Below, piece after piece: positions 48,874 to 59,101 of a stretch of 64,000 nt of DNA. Made by a program: the position numbers and the translations under genes. This DNA is from a virus. A model generated the notes under the pieces. That model made no database searches. It was not told the origin of the DNA and worked only from the letters and a program-made list of their open reading frames with translations. The stretch spans positions 32,001-96,000 of the IMG/VR virus record IMGVR_UViG_3300037086_000474, one strand, 5' to 3'. Each line of letters opens with the position of its first letter. Position 1 is the stretch's first letter.

Positions 48874-49242
48874 ATGAAAAAATTGATACTAGTCATCATC
48901 CTAATGCTCGTAGTGGCAGAATGCTTTGGGGCCACAAATAGTGCAGTCGTGTTTCCAAACATGAACTTCAATCAGGGACTCAACTTCATAGATGGATATT
49001 TTTCTGTCATTGGGACGGTAGTTGTCTCTATTGTTTTGCCCTTTGTCTTTGATGATCCTATGGATAAAGTCACTGGTATACCTCCTGGATTTCTTTATTG
49101 TTCTATGGATGCAATTCTTATCGCCTCTGCTATTTGGAACCTTACTATTGCGACCTCAGAATGGGGCCATCAGCACTACACCAATCCGAAACTTTTTAGT
49201 ACCAATGTTTATGTTCTTGGATTCAAGATTTTTTCCATCTAG
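48874..49242 (+). CDS. Exported/membrane protein
   Basis: Signal-peptide-like MKKLILVIILMLVVAECFG plus two hydrophobic segments. Confidence 0.55.
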   Translation: MKKLILVIILMLVVAECFGATNSAVVFPNMNFNQGLNFIDGYFSVIGTVVVSIVLPFVFDDPMDKVTGIPPGFLYCSMDAILIASAIWNLTIATSEWGHQHYTNPKLFSTNVYVLGFKIFSI

Positions 49243-49292
49243 CATACTTCATTCAGAGGTATAGTCTATGATGTCATTTATTTGGTGTCCAA

Positions 49293-49901
49293 TTGGCAAG
49301 AAGGATAAGAATGCAACTTTGGATGAATTTGACAAGAAATAAGCCCGATTTTGAATCAGCCATAATAGCTTCTGGTTATGGAATAATTCGAGGTGTCATC
49401 AATCCTATCTACAAGGCTGATGACGTGAGGTCAAAACTCACTGGTCAGTATACCTATCTTGAACCACTAGCAGAAACTAATCCTTTGAATCTTGGAGAGA
49501 TCATTAAGTTCAAAATTGATGCGATTTCTCCATTAAAATTTCAGGGATTTGGTTTTGTCTTTGATGCTGACAGCGTTGGAATTGCTATCTTCTCCCAATT
49601 GAAACGCAATTTTTCTTGTCAGTTTGGAGCTTATTACAGCAAAGAAGGAGATTGGACCAGTCCACGTTTTTTCATGAGCATCAACGCTATGTTTGAAGCT
49701 GGAGTCGATTACGTTTTTTTGAATCCATCATTCCTTCCTGAAATCATTGAATGGGTCATAAAAATCCATGATAGAATGCTCTACAAAACTAGAGTTATAT
49801 TAGAAAGTGATGAGGGGAGTTCAGATGATGTATTGGCATCTGGCGCCCATGGTCTTCTGCTTAAAGACTATGAGTATGTCAATTTTTTTGGTAAAGTCTA
49901 A
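49293..49901 (+). CDS. Hypothetical protein (start uncertain)
   Basis: 202-aa ORF downstream of GCATACTT at 49242. Confidence 0.5.
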   Translation: MARRIRMQLWMNLTRNKPDFESAIIASGYGIIRGVINPIYKADDVRSKLTGQYTYLEPLAETNPLNLGEIIKFKIDAISPLKFQGFGFVFDADSVGIAIFSQLKRNFSCQFGAYYSKEGDWTSPRFFMSINAMFEAGVDYVFLNPSFLPEIIEWVIKIHDRMLYKTRVILESDEGSSDDVLASGAHGLLLKDYEYVNFFGKV

Positions 49902-50347
49902 TGGGCACCAATTTTTACATGCGAACTAAAAATATAGAAAATTATCCTGAAAAAATTCGTTCTGATGAGTCTCTCAGCAGCAAGAATTTTTTTGGATGTA
50001 TCCATATCGGTAAAAGAAGTGCTGCGGGTATGTGGTGCTATGATTGCGGAGTTACTCTTTGTAAAGACGGAATCGAAGGAATCCACAACGGCAAATCTGA
50101 ATGGTACAAAGAGAGCGACAAATTTGTTTGCCCAAAGTGCGGCAAAGAAGTAAAGACTCATTGTTCTTCTTGGACTTGGGCTGTTGATCCGGGTGACGTG
50201 TTTTTCAAAGCAGAATTGATTTCAGGTTCCAACAAAAAAATCGTAGTAAATGAGTATGGAGATGAAATTACTGGTGACGATTTTTTGATTGAACTCGAAA
50301 AGGTACCGATCAAATTCATACACTCAGTAGGAGTTGATTTCTCATGA
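49901..50347 (+). CDS. Zn-binding phage hypothetical protein
   Basis: MGTNFY, HIGKRSAAG, CYDC, CPKC. Confidence 0.6.
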   Translation: MGTNFYMRTKNIENYPEKIRSDESLSSKNFFGCIHIGKRSAAGMWCYDCGVTLCKDGIEGIHNGKSEWYKESDKFVCPKCGKEVKTHCSSWTWAVDPGDVFFKAELISGSNKKIVVNEYGDEITGDDFLIELEKVPIKFIHSVGVDFS

Positions 50348-50505
50348 TAACAGTAGCTGATTTGATTAAGGAACTTAAAAATAGAGATCCAAAGGCCATC
50401 ATTGTTGCTCGTGATAAATGGCAAACCTTCGAAATCAAAAGCATTGGAAGCAGCACTTGGCCATATGGCAAAGACAAGAGACCGGCAGTATGGCTTTTGG
50501 AGTAA
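50344..50505 (+). CDS. 53-aa hypothetical protein (not in ORF track)
   Basis: RBS aggag; MITVADLIKELKNRDPKAII. Confidence 0.6.
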   Translation: MITVADLIKELKNRDPKAIIVARDKWQTFEIKSIGSSTWPYGKDKRPAVWLLE

Positions 50506-50506
50506 A

Positions 50507-50758
50507 ATGACTGACGCGAAGTTTGCCAAACTACTCCTATCAGATATCACTTGCGATGATTGTTTCTATAAGTTAAAATTAGTAAATATAGGAGCAAATT
50601 CGGCAGCACTTGCGTATGAGTTTAACCAAACGGCCAAAACGATAGGGGCGCACTGCAGAATCATTGGATTAGTTGAGTTCAAATCCGACAAAGTTCCTTA
50701 TGAAACCTACATCTTTCGAAGCAAGAGACTTTGCAAGCAGTGGAAGAGGAGAAAATAA
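50507..50758 (+). CDS. AKxLL-CxxC family miniprotein
   Basis: MTDAKFAKLLLSDITCDDC...HC...LCKQW. Confidence 0.65.
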   Translation: MTDAKFAKLLLSDITCDDCFYKLKLVNIGANSAALAYEFNQTAKTIGAHCRIIGLVEFKSDKVPYETYIFRSKRLCKQWKRRK

Positions 50759-51165
50759 TGGGTTTCAACACGGTTGTCCATATTTTGAATGACATGTTCT
50801 CTCAACTCCAAGAGCATCCTAAGGAGTTTGTCGATTACATTCTCAGCAGAATGAATGGTGGTCCGAAATATCAAGGAAGTCCAGTAGATCAAGCAGTCGA
50901 AGTCATGCAAACCCACCATGCTTCTGATTATGTACTTTACCTCTCTGGTGGAAACACATGTTTCGATTTTTCTTCAAAAGAAATTGACAGACTTTTGGCT
51001 AGTGGCCACGATGAATACCTCGATAAGATTGTCAGAGAAGCTCAGTGGCATGTCACACGAATGAAGAGATATGTCGCTGAACAGCGGGCAATAAGAGACC
51101 CTTTGCTCTACAAGGCGAAAAAGGCGGTGGCGAGCCATCGGGCTCGAAAGAAGGCAAAAAAATGA
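50758..51165 (+). CDS. Hypothetical protein
   Basis: RBS aggag, MGFNTVVHILND. Confidence 0.55.
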   Translation: MGFNTVVHILNDMFSQLQEHPKEFVDYILSRMNGGPKYQGSPVDQAVEVMQTHHASDYVLYLSGGNTCFDFSSKEIDRLLASGHDEYLDKIVREAQWHVTRMKRYVAEQRAIRDPLLYKAKKAVASHRARKKAKK

Positions 51166-51359
51166 TCGACGTCAAGTTTAGTCATTTCAACAATGGCGCG
51201 TGTCCAATGTGTAAACATAACACCAATTGCAACATTCTTAAATCCATGAATCACTCAGTCAACCTAGTGGCTAGTGCCAAATTTGATAAAGTGATGGAGA
51301 TCGTTGTATATCGTTGTCCAGAGTTTGAAGAGAAGGATTTCATAGCTGATAAAGAATGA
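51162..51359 (+). CDS. Small 4-Cys protein
   Basis: CPMC..NC...RCPEF. Confidence 0.55.
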   Translation: MIDVKFSHFNNGACPMCKHNTNCNILKSMNHSVNLVASAKFDKVMEIVVYRCPEFEEKDFIADKE

Positions 51360-51601
51360 GTACAAAAATCGCTCGTTTTTACCGTAAGCTTTCAGATCAG
51401 GAACTTTTTGGATGCATCAAAGACATCAAAAAACTCCATCAAACAGGTGTGCTTCCAAATAACTCCATAGTGACCAAAGTCAAAGAAGATTTTTGCAATA
51501 TTTCTGGCATGGGAGAAGCTGTGGCATTTGATGCCAACATCAAAAATCTACGGTGGGAAGCAGCCCAGAGATGGTTTGACCAAGTACTAGATCGCGTCTA
51601 A
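51356..51601 (+). CDS. Hypothetical protein
   Basis: ATGA overlap. Confidence 0.5.
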   Translation: MSTKIARFYRKLSDQELFGCIKDIKKLHQTGVLPNNSIVTKVKEDFCNISGMGEAVAFDANIKNLRWEAAQRWFDQVLDRV

Positions 51602-51634
51602 GAACAATCAAAAGCTACAGTAAAGATAACCCAT

Positions 51635-51898
51635 ATGAAACTATTCAAATGGTATTCTCGCAAAACAACAACTGGCATAATAGAATACGTCTTTCCATTT
51701 TTCGAGGTCAATCCAAGTGATCCTGGTGTGGCCTATTTTCAATACACTTCTAATGATTCATCTATAGGAATGGACGCCACATCAACTCCAGATTTTGAAA
51801 ACATCTATACCAAAGACAAAAGCAATCACGAAGAAAAGATACACGGAATGATATATTCTCTTTTTACTGATCTATACCAAATATTGGAATATTTTTAG
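51635..51898 (+). CDS. Small protein with C-terminal motif
   Basis: IHGMIYSLFTD; AAGATAA at 51623. Confidence 0.6.
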   Translation: MKLFKWYSRKTTTGIIEYVFPFFEVNPSDPGVAYFQYTSNDSSIGMDATSTPDFENIYTKDKSNHEEKIHGMIYSLFTDLYQILEYF

Positions 51899-51899
51899 G

Positions 51900-52145
51900 A
51901 TGAGAACAAAACCTGTGATTGGGAATATCTACTGGATAGTTTGGGAACATGGTGGCCTTCCAGATATTGGAGAGGCCATTGAATATGCCAGTGATCGACG
52001 AGTTCGAATGAAAGAGCTAACCTCTCACAACACTCTCAATATTTTCTATGGTCAAATTCATGAGAGGTTGCCCTACAAATTATCACCGTATCTAATGCAA
52101 AATGTGATCAAGAACCTTTTTGATAATAAGGCTCGTTTTAAATAA
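51900..52145 (+). CDS. Small protein with C-terminal motif
   Basis: MQNVIKNLFDN. Confidence 0.6.
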   Translation: MRTKPVIGNIYWIVWEHGGLPDIGEAIEYASDRRVRMKELTSHNTLNIFYGQIHERLPYKLSPYLMQNVIKNLFDNKARFK

Positions 52146-52149
52146 TATT

Positions 52150-54930
52150 CTACTGAGTTTCGATTATCTGATAATTCCAAGTGTATGTTGTTCCAGTTAT
52201 TGGAGCTGCCGTAAAATTCACACTAAATCCACTTACTAATGATGTCACAAAAACACCAATTGTGTTACCCGCAGCATTTGCATTTGTCGGTGTGAGATTA
52301 ACAATTGGCACAACATTATAAGCAACGTTGAAACTTACCGTAAGTTGAGTTCCTGAAGCGACGGCAGCAGATCCAGATGTCAAACTAACAGAACCAGCAC
52401 TATCTGTAGCATGAGACACAGAAGCAGTGGCACCAGTACCAGCATTAGCATTTGGAGTTGCTGTTGGAGCTGTAGTTTGAGTACTTTTGAGATGTCCATT
52501 ATTAAAGACAGCTGAGGTGCTAGCATTAGGAGATAATGATTCAAGGATGTTTTTAGTTGTACTAGTTCCTAATACGGCTCCATTTGTGACAAACCAATAG
52601 TTGGTCGATCCATCCATTCTGAGTGCATTTGATCCACCATCAAACATTGCACTGTTAGTAATTTGAGACACATAAATTCCATAGTCATCAAAGTTTACTG
52701 AATTTGCTAACCAAATCATTCCGCCCTTGAAAGTAGTGAATTCAACATGGCTATACTGAAGAAGGGTCAACAAACCACTAAATTCATTGTTTTCAGAATA
52801 TGCCAGTTCAACTCCTATACTGCCTCCTCGACCGACACCATTATAAATACCATTAAATATTCCTCTGATGCGGCTCTTATATAAGGCAAAAAACTGAGCA
52901 GTGCCCTGCGTAAGCAAACTAGCATCAACTGATATGGTTGAAGGGAGCGCATATGCAAATGTAAGTGATGGAGTTCCGCCCGCGGTTGCTGGTTGAGTAA
53001 TTACAAGAGCTGAACTACTAGTAATGCTCTTGATGAATGTGTTAGAGGGAATTCCAGCACCACTCAAAGCTTGGCCTGTCATAAGTCCAGTAGTGCTCAA
53101 TCCTGTAATACTTGTTGATCCAAGAGTTGTTGTTCCAGTTTGAACGCTATAGGTCATTAGCCCTGGATTACCAAATATTTCTATATCACCAAAAGAATAT
53201 TCTTGATTGACATTATTTCCACTTTGAATATCGAGCAAACGCAAGGTGCCAGTCAGTCTATTTTTAGAAATATAAGCAAAGTGTGTAGAGTTTGAATCGT
53301 CATGAGGAGTCACACCAGCGCAGAATGAGAATCCATGTCTCATTGACCATGAATTGAACATAACGTCTGGTTGCAAGTGAAAGTCGATAAAATGATCTGT
53401 TCCGGGCTGTGGAGTCCAGAATGTTGAGTTTGTACCACCACTATTATAAGTACTACCAGCATCAGCTCTTCCAAGATGCACAGGTCCTAAACCAATTGTG
53501 CAAATTTTTCTCTTCGTCATATCACAATAGAAAATGCTTGGAATTTGGAATGAAAGGCTAACTGTGGCTGAAGCGGTGGCGGGTTGTGAAAGAGTAAGGG
53601 TCCCTAAATTCATCGTTGCACTAAAGCTAATAGCTGTGACCGTAGTTCCAGATTGAATCCCAGAACCAGTCACTGTTTGACCAATCATCGCATTAGCTAC
53701 ATAACTGACATTATTGACTGTTGAACCACTGCTTGCCGTTGTACCTGTTACTTGAAGAGGCACATTGACTGTAAATGGCACATCAGAAGCTGTTGCAGTA
53801 GCAGCATGAGAAATTGTTACACTAGAGGCTCCAACTGTAGTCATTGAAGCAGTACCAGACTGAACAGCATTATTGCTTACTTGTATACTGGTACCACCAG
53901 GCAAAATGGCAGTAATTCTAGAGGCTGGTAAATATGATTGACTACTACCTGAATACACGGTTTGTCCAACCCACAAAGCAGCAGTGCTTGAAAAACCTGT
54001 GACTATATTGCTTCCAGTAGTATAGCTGACTGTTCCAAAAAATCCACCAGCAATAAAACTTTGTCCACTGATTGTAGTGTTGACGGGAATGCCTGGTCCA
54101 GTGATTGTCTGTCCATTGATTGCCGGGAGATAAGTGTATCCAAAATCGTAAACCGTAGTCGATCCGGTTATAGTAGTTCCATATATTGTAAGATTATTGG
54201 AAGTAGGAGTGTAGACGCCTGCAGGAAGCATTATGACCCAGTCATTGCCGTTTTGAGTGAGAGTGTCATCTGCACGAGGAATAGAAGCCCATGCTGCATT
54301 GAGATCAGTTCCAAATTGTTTGACTCCATAGCTAGACAGTCCTTGCATATTGTTTGGAAAAACTGTGATCTGGCTGAAACTCAAATTTGAAGCTAGAGCT
54401 GACTTGACGGCCTTTTGAGTTGGATAGAGAGTGTCAGAATTTGCCGTAAAACTGGCATCAGTTGATTTATTACTAATATTTTCAGGAGTAAATCCAAGTG
54501 CATTTTGTTTGCTGTTGAAAGTAGTCCAATCTGTTGATGAAAGAGCTCCCAATACTGAACCAGTTGCTGTTGGAATATTGGCTATATTACTCCAATCTAA
54601 ATCTGTGGCAGAAATGCTATCTCCAACAAATTTGCCACTAATATACAAATTACCAGTTTGATAAGTGACATTAGTTATTTGAATGGTGTGGAATACATTT
54701 CTAGTAGATCCAACGGCCGTAGAAACCCTCGAAGACAAATCAATGGCTTCAATTCCAATAGTATAATCTACGCCCTGAGACAGCAGGGTGCCTCCACCCG
54801 AGGCAGCAGTTCTAATGACCAAATCTTGTTGAATAAACCAGTCATGGTCTAATTGAAAAATAGAGCTGCCAACGTTTGTCTTAAGATTATCAGCAAAAAT
54901 CAATCCTGTAAGGATTAGATTCATCAACAT
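52150..54930 (-). CDS. Large virion fibre/spike protein
   Basis: S/T/G-rich; repeated GQTxxGxGIPxxTxI domains; KQNALGFTPEN fibre-type segment. Confidence 0.6.
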   Translation of the reverse strand: MLMNLILTGLIFADNLKTNVGSSIFQLDHDWFIQQDLVIRTAASGGGTLLSQGVDYTIGIEAIDLSSRVSTAVGSTRNVFHTIQITNVTYQTGNLYISGKFVGDSISATDLDWSNIANIPTATGSVLGALSSTDWTTFNSKQNALGFTPENISNKSTDASFTANSDTLYPTQKAVKSALASNLSFSQITVFPNNMQGLSSYGVKQFGTDLNAAWASIPRADDTLTQNGNDWVIMLPAGVYTPTSNNLTIYGTTITGSTTVYDFGYTYLPAINGQTITGPGIPVNTTISGQSFIAGGFFGTVSYTTGSNIVTGFSSTAALWVGQTVYSGSSQSYLPASRITAILPGGTSIQVSNNAVQSGTASMTTVGASSVTISHAATATASDVPFTVNVPLQVTGTTASSGSTVNNVSYVANAMIGQTVTGSGIQSGTTVTAISFSATMNLGTLTLSQPATASATVSLSFQIPSIFYCDMTKRKICTIGLGPVHLGRADAGSTYNSGGTNSTFWTPQPGTDHFIDFHLQPDVMFNSWSMRHGFSFCAGVTPHDDSNSTHFAYISKNRLTGTLRLLDIQSGNNVNQEYSFGDIEIFGNPGLMTYSVQTGTTTLGSTSITGLSTTGLMTGQALSGAGIPSNTFIKSITSSSALVITQPATAGGTPSLTFAYALPSTISVDASLLTQGTAQFFALYKSRIRGIFNGIYNGVGRGGSIGVELAYSENNEFSGLLTLLQYSHVEFTTFKGGMIWLANSVNFDDYGIYVSQITNSAMFDGGSNALRMDGSTNYWFVTNGAVLGTSTTKNILESLSPNASTSAVFNNGHLKSTQTTAPTATPNANAGTGATASVSHATDSAGSVSLTSGSAAVASGTQLTVSFNVAYNVVPIVNLTPTNANAAGNTIGVFVTSLVSGFSVNFTAAPITGTTYTWNYQIIETQ

Positions 54931-54944
54931 AATATTTCTCCTAA

Positions 54945-56186
54945 TTAGGCATAATAACTATCGTCGCCATAATAAGCACTATCTGAAATGGCTTCACTAT
55001 AGTACTCCGTTAGTTCGACGGTCGTTGGTGGAAGATATGAACTTTCAGTTATTGAACTGGGTGCTATGTTGAGAGCAACTCTTGGAGAATAAACCAAGCC
55101 CCCATTGCCTTGAGTATCTGCATAGCAATAAATTTGAATAACGTCTCCAGCTGAAAAATCGAGACTTAGAGAAGAATTGACATATTTCCCTGCAGCAAGA
55201 TTGAAATAAAAGAGATCTGTGTCAACACCATTTTTTCTGATTGAGAATTTTTTTGTTTGATTTCCATGACCACCAGCAGCTGAAACTCCAAGAATTGTAC
55301 CACCACTGAGAGCTGTCCATCCGGTGGCATGATCACTTTGATTGTTTGTTGATAGATAAACTCCATTTCCATATCTGATTTCATATGAAACATTTCTCTT
55401 ATCTGCAGACAGCCATTTTCCTCTTGTTGAATCGAACACATACAACATACCATTCACTACGGTCATTTGTCCAGCAGAAAGATTTGTAGTTGGAGCAGTG
55501 GTTATTGATACAATTTCAAATGGAGCATTTGAAGAAGTCGTTGAGTTTAAAATCACTGGCCCATTACTATCAATAATAATAGTAGAGTTGTTTTCGTAGG
55601 CATCTTGTAAAGACACGTTGGCTGTTGATCCACTAATTCCTTTTGGTCCAATGTATCTATAAACTCTAGCCCAAAGAGGAGTACTCCATCCCATGATGGA
55701 TGCAGTATTGGCTGCACCAAGCACCACGAATCCCAATTTGTAAGATGGAATCCAAGCACCTTGAGTTGTTGAAATCTCTGTTCCAACTCCAGTTCCAGAA
55801 CCATTGTCCTGGAACAAACGCATTGCATAGCCTTGTCCGAAAATCTGTGGGAGAAGCCAATTATCATATATTCCAGAGGAAGGAGTGTCGAGAGTAATAT
55901 AGGCTGCCCAAGCTCTGTAGTTTGTTCCATTTACAAGAGACAACTTGATGTCCCTTTTTTCAATGGTTCCGGGGTTTGCAGTGACATTATCGTCAGCAGC
56001 TGTAGAATCGGCAGCGGGCGGGACGGCATTGGCCCACAGATCTTGATTGACTAGAAATGGTCTCCAAGAGTTTTTCTCTTCATACCATTGGAGTCCCGTG
56101 GCATCCGAGGTATTGCTCAAGCCTTGAATACCAAAAACCATTTTGAGGCTCAGATTGAGTTTTTCAATAGAAGTCAGATCGGCCAT
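54945..56186 (-). CDS. Virion protein with FDSTRGKWLS domain
   Basis: Paralogous C-terminal domain; SLQDAY segment shared with 12502/19059/26743. Confidence 0.6.
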   Translation of the reverse strand: MADLTSIEKLNLSLKMVFGIQGLSNTSDATGLQWYEEKNSWRPFLVNQDLWANAVPPAADSTAADDNVTANPGTIEKRDIKLSLVNGTNYRAWAAYITLDTPSSGIYDNWLLPQIFGQGYAMRLFQDNGSGTGVGTEISTTQGAWIPSYKLGFVVLGAANTASIMGWSTPLWARVYRYIGPKGISGSTANVSLQDAYENNSTIIIDSNGPVILNSTTSSNAPFEIVSITTAPTTNLSAGQMTVVNGMLYVFDSTRGKWLSADKRNVSYEIRYGNGVYLSTNNQSDHATGWTALSGGTILGVSAAGGHGNQTKKFSIRKNGVDTDLFYFNLAAGKYVNSSLSLDFSAGDVIQIYCYADTQGNGGLVYSPRVALNIAPSSITESSYLPPTTVELTEYYSEAISDSAYYGDDSYYA

Positions 56187-56195
56187 TGTTGTTTC

Positions 56196-56471
56196 CTATT
56201 CTAGAATTGTTTTGAAGAATCGTTTTTGAACCCAATCTTTTTCATCTGATGATACAGACTTCCAAAACATGTCCCACGTGATGTTTTCGTTTTTGCCTAT
56301 AGGTTTGTAGATTTTTTTTTCAAACTGAAACTTTGAGTTCTTGTGTGAATAGACATCATGTCCATCTTCATCATTGATTTTTTCCCAACCAAGGATAAAC
56401 AAATAAGCCTCACCAAAATCAAAAATTACAGCTTCCTCACCACTACCAGTGTATTCGTAATATACTTCCAT
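56196..56471 (-). CDS. Small protein with C-terminal motif variant
   Basis: QKRFFKTILE; AAGATAA on minus strand just before ATG. Confidence 0.6.
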   Translation of the reverse strand: MEVYYEYTGSGEEAVIFDFGEAYLFILGWEKINDEDGHDVYSHKNSKFQFEKKIYKPIGKNENITWDMFWKSVSSDEKDWVQKRFFKTILE

Positions 56472-56475
56472 GAAG

Positions 56476-56515
56476 TTATCTTTCGTTTTAGAGCCGAAAA
56501 AGCATAGTTTAGAAT
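56476..56515. promoter_or_regulatory. Divergent late (AAGATAA, minus) and sigma70-like (plus) promoters
   Basis: TTATCTT 56476; TTTAGA(56487)-N17-TAGAAT. Confidence 0.75.
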
Positions 56516-56531
56516 GAAAGTAGGTGTAAAG

Positions 56532-56717
56532 ATGGCAAACAAACTGGCTTTATGGTTTCTTTGGGGTGGGGTAGTTGTAGTAACAACCAGTACAGTGATG
56601 TTTATCACACATCTGATCCCCGCATCAATTGGCATACTTGTCACCATCATTGCTGGTCTGTGTGTCATTCTAAGCACGGAGATCAGTAAGTTCATCCTCA
56701 AGCTTTTGAAGAGGTAG
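56532..56717 (+). CDS. Small two-TM membrane protein
   Basis: Two hydrophobic helices; SD aggtg. Confidence 0.55.
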   Translation: MANKLALWFLWGGVVVVTTSTVMFITHLIPASIGILVTIIAGLCVILSTEISKFILKLLKR

Positions 56718-56721
56718 AGAA

Positions 56722-56937
56722 ATGGAAAGTGCCATCATTCATGTCTTAACTATTATCGTAGGTGCCGTGCTTTGTGCAGCACTATCTGGCTTCATCTTCA
56801 AGCGTTTCATCAGTCACCTGAAGATGGGGTACAATGCACAGATGCTCATCATGGTTCCAATTTTCATGGTGATCATGATTGCCTACGGTGTATCACTCAT
56901 CGCTATTTGGAACTCACTCGGATTGATAGGGAAATGA
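56722..56937 (+). CDS. Small two-TM membrane protein
   Basis: Two hydrophobic helices; SD gaggt. Confidence 0.55.
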   Translation: MESAIIHVLTIIVGAVLCAALSGFIFKRFISHLKMGYNAQMLIMVPIFMVIMIAYGVSLIAIWNSLGLIGK

Positions 56938-57362
56938 TGAACGAGCACGAAATCGAGTTCGCTGATCAGACGGCGAAGAGAGGTTTCGAGGCCTCTCACT
57001 CGATGGACAAATACCTTGAAAAGGTCATTCGAGCCAGCGTGGCTTACGCTGATGCTATCAAGGTGACCAATCCCCATAGTTGGACTTTCAAGTTTGATCT
57101 TGGTGATTGGTTTGTTAGAATCAAGGATGCAAGTGATCGATGGAATGAAAGAAATTACCACTATTTCTTGCTCAAGTATAAGAAAGTCACGCTCGTTCGC
57201 CTTGATTGGGTCATAGCGAAAACTGAGGGCAAAAAGCATCCTCAGGTAGTGAGTGTCACAGAGTTGGCAAAGGATCAACTTTTTTATATCACTGAATATG
57301 TCAATCATGTAGATGTCGAGCTCACTCAAATGAGCACAATGATGGAGAAGGTCAATCTCTAG
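56934..57362 (+). CDS. Hypothetical protein
   Basis: ATGA overlap start MMNEHE. Confidence 0.5.
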   Translation: MMNEHEIEFADQTAKRGFEASHSMDKYLEKVIRASVAYADAIKVTNPHSWTFKFDLGDWFVRIKDASDRWNERNYHYFLLKYKKVTLVRLDWVIAKTEGKKHPQVVSVTELAKDQLFYITEYVNHVDVELTQMSTMMEKVNL

Positions 57363-57367
57363 AATGT

Positions 57368-57396
57368 TTTAGAGATAGGGCAATGTAAGGTATAAT
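57368..57396 (+). promoter_or_regulatory. Sigma70-like promoter, leaderless
   Basis: TTTAGA-N17-TATAAT, ATG 6 nt downstream. Confidence 0.8.
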
Positions 57397-57402
57397 GATC
57401 CC

Positions 57403-58185
57403 ATGATCAAAGAGAATGGAATAGTAGACTACATGACCTACAATGAGGGCATGAAGAAGTCCCTTTTGGACAAGATCTTCTTCATGGACAAAATCGACGC
57501 CAGAGTCATCATTGATTACGGGTGCGCTGATGGAGTTCTCATTCACTTTCTTTCCACTCTCTTCCCCGAACTTTACTACATCGGTTATGACATCGACGAG
57601 AAGATGCTCGAAAAGGCAAGGGAGCGCTGTGGAAACAACGAGCAGCGGTTTCTTTTCACGTCTGATTGGAGCAAAGTCGAAGAGCATGCTGGGCAGGGGC
57701 TCAATGCGATCGTCCTCTCTTCGGTCATCCACGAGGTCTATGCTTATGGAACCCGAGCAGATGTGGACAACATGTGGAACCGCGTCTTTTCTGGAAAGTT
57801 TGATTACATCGTCATCCGTGACATGGTCCCTTCCACCTCTCTCGACAAGGTTTCGAACATCAACGACGTGGCTAATATCTACAAGAAGGGTGACAAGGCC
57901 TACCTCCATGAGTTCGAAAAAGTGTGGGGCACAATCGAATCCAACAAGAATCTCATTCACTTTCTTTTGAAGTATCGCTATACTGACAACTGGGACAGGG
58001 AGGTTCGAGAGAATTATCTCCCCATCACTCGTGAGGAACTTCTCTCCTCTATTCCTGATGCATACGAAATCGAATTTCATGAGCACTTCATCCTTCCTTT
58101 TCTCAAGAACATCGTGAAGCAGGATTTCAACATCACAATCAAAGACAACACCCATCTGAAACTTGTTCTCAAGAGGGTAGTGTGA
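57403..58185 (+). CDS. Class I SAM-dependent methyltransferase
   Basis: IIDYGCADG, IGYDID, LSSVIHEVY, IVIRD. Confidence 0.8.
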   Translation: MIKENGIVDYMTYNEGMKKSLLDKIFFMDKIDARVIIDYGCADGVLIHFLSTLFPELYYIGYDIDEKMLEKARERCGNNEQRFLFTSDWSKVEEHAGQGLNAIVLSSVIHEVYAYGTRADVDNMWNRVFSGKFDYIVIRDMVPSTSLDKVSNINDVANIYKKGDKAYLHEFEKVWGTIESNKNLIHFLLKYRYTDNWDREVRENYLPITREELLSSIPDAYEIEFHEHFILPFLKNIVKQDFNITIKDNTHLKLVLKRVV

Positions 58186-58469
58186 AGAAGAGAAAGGCAT
58201 TCTACAAAGAGATCACCCAGTGCGTTGTTGGAGAATGTCCGTTCTCTGAGTGGCAAGAAGATGCTAATGGTCCTGACGGCATTCATTGCAACCACCCGCA
58301 AGGCCATTGGGGATTAATTATAAGTGACAATGAAGTTGAAAGATGGCACAAGGAACATAAAGGGAAACACTTTCCTTTTCATATTCCGAAGGATTGCCCC
58401 TTGGACGACTATGATCTCTTTTATGCGGCCGTAAATGCCATAAAGGAAAAAGGCAATGAGCAACACTGA
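58182..58469 (+). CDS. Small Cys-rich protein
   Basis: C..ECPF, HCNHP, IPKDCPL. Confidence 0.55.
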   Translation: MKKRKAFYKEITQCVVGECPFSEWQEDANGPDGIHCNHPQGHWGLIISDNEVERWHKEHKGKHFPFHIPKDCPLDDYDLFYAAVNAIKEKGNEQH

Positions 58470-58860
58470 TCTCGTGGATAGTGTTCTTCGTGAAATTCCT
58501 CAAGAACTAGATCCAAAATCTCCTCGAAAAAGGAGATTTGTTTGTGAGACCGCCAATCTCACAATTTTCTACAATTATCCTATGGGTGACATCATTGTCA
58601 GTGCTGAACTTTGTCTGGCCGATGTCCATGTTGGTTCTGCGCGAGTGATGAATGTATACATTGAGAGTGATGATTACTATAAGAAGTTTACCATCGCACC
58701 AGCCAAAAGAACCATTGCTGGTCTTGTCCGAAGCAATGCTGTGGGGCACATGAATCTCGACAAGACTGAGATACTTGAGAGGATCAAGTTTTGTACTCAA
58801 GATCTTGAATATAACATCATTGATTTCTTGATCACAAGAATCAAGAAGTACATGTACTAA
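58456..58860 (+). CDS. Hypothetical protein
   Basis: Operon continuity. Confidence 0.5.
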   Translation: MSNTDLVDSVLREIPQELDPKSPRKRRFVCETANLTIFYNYPMGDIIVSAELCLADVHVGSARVMNVYIESDDYYKKFTIAPAKRTIAGLVRSNAVGHMNLDKTEILERIKFCTQDLEYNIIDFLITRIKKYMY

Positions 58861-58870
58861 AGGAGAAAAA

Positions 58871-59101
58871 ATGATTACGTATCACGACATTGAAGTAAGG
58901 GTTACGGAATTTTGCATCAGCGATCTCAATAATGAGATCCTTGTGAAGGTTGAGACTGAAGAGGGAAATCGCTGGTCGAATGGTTGGGTTGCTGGACTCG
59001 ATCTCGTTTTCACCGGTGATGACAGTTTGAAGGCAGTTTGCGATGGTATTGCAGCTGATGAAATCCGATCTCGTCCTCCCGAGGAAAACAAGACCAACTA
59101 G
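58871..59101 (+). CDS. Hypothetical acidic protein
   Basis: RBS aggag. Confidence 0.5.
   Translation: MITYHDIEVRVTEFCISDLNNEILVKVETEEGNRWSNGWVAGLDLVFTGDDSLKAVCDGIAADEIRSRPPEENKTN

Noticed and set aside
49268-49342. 24-aa ORF after GCATACTT and SD gaggt, possibly frameshifted into 49293
   Set aside because: No slippery site or homology visible; cannot distinguish a leader peptide from chance.
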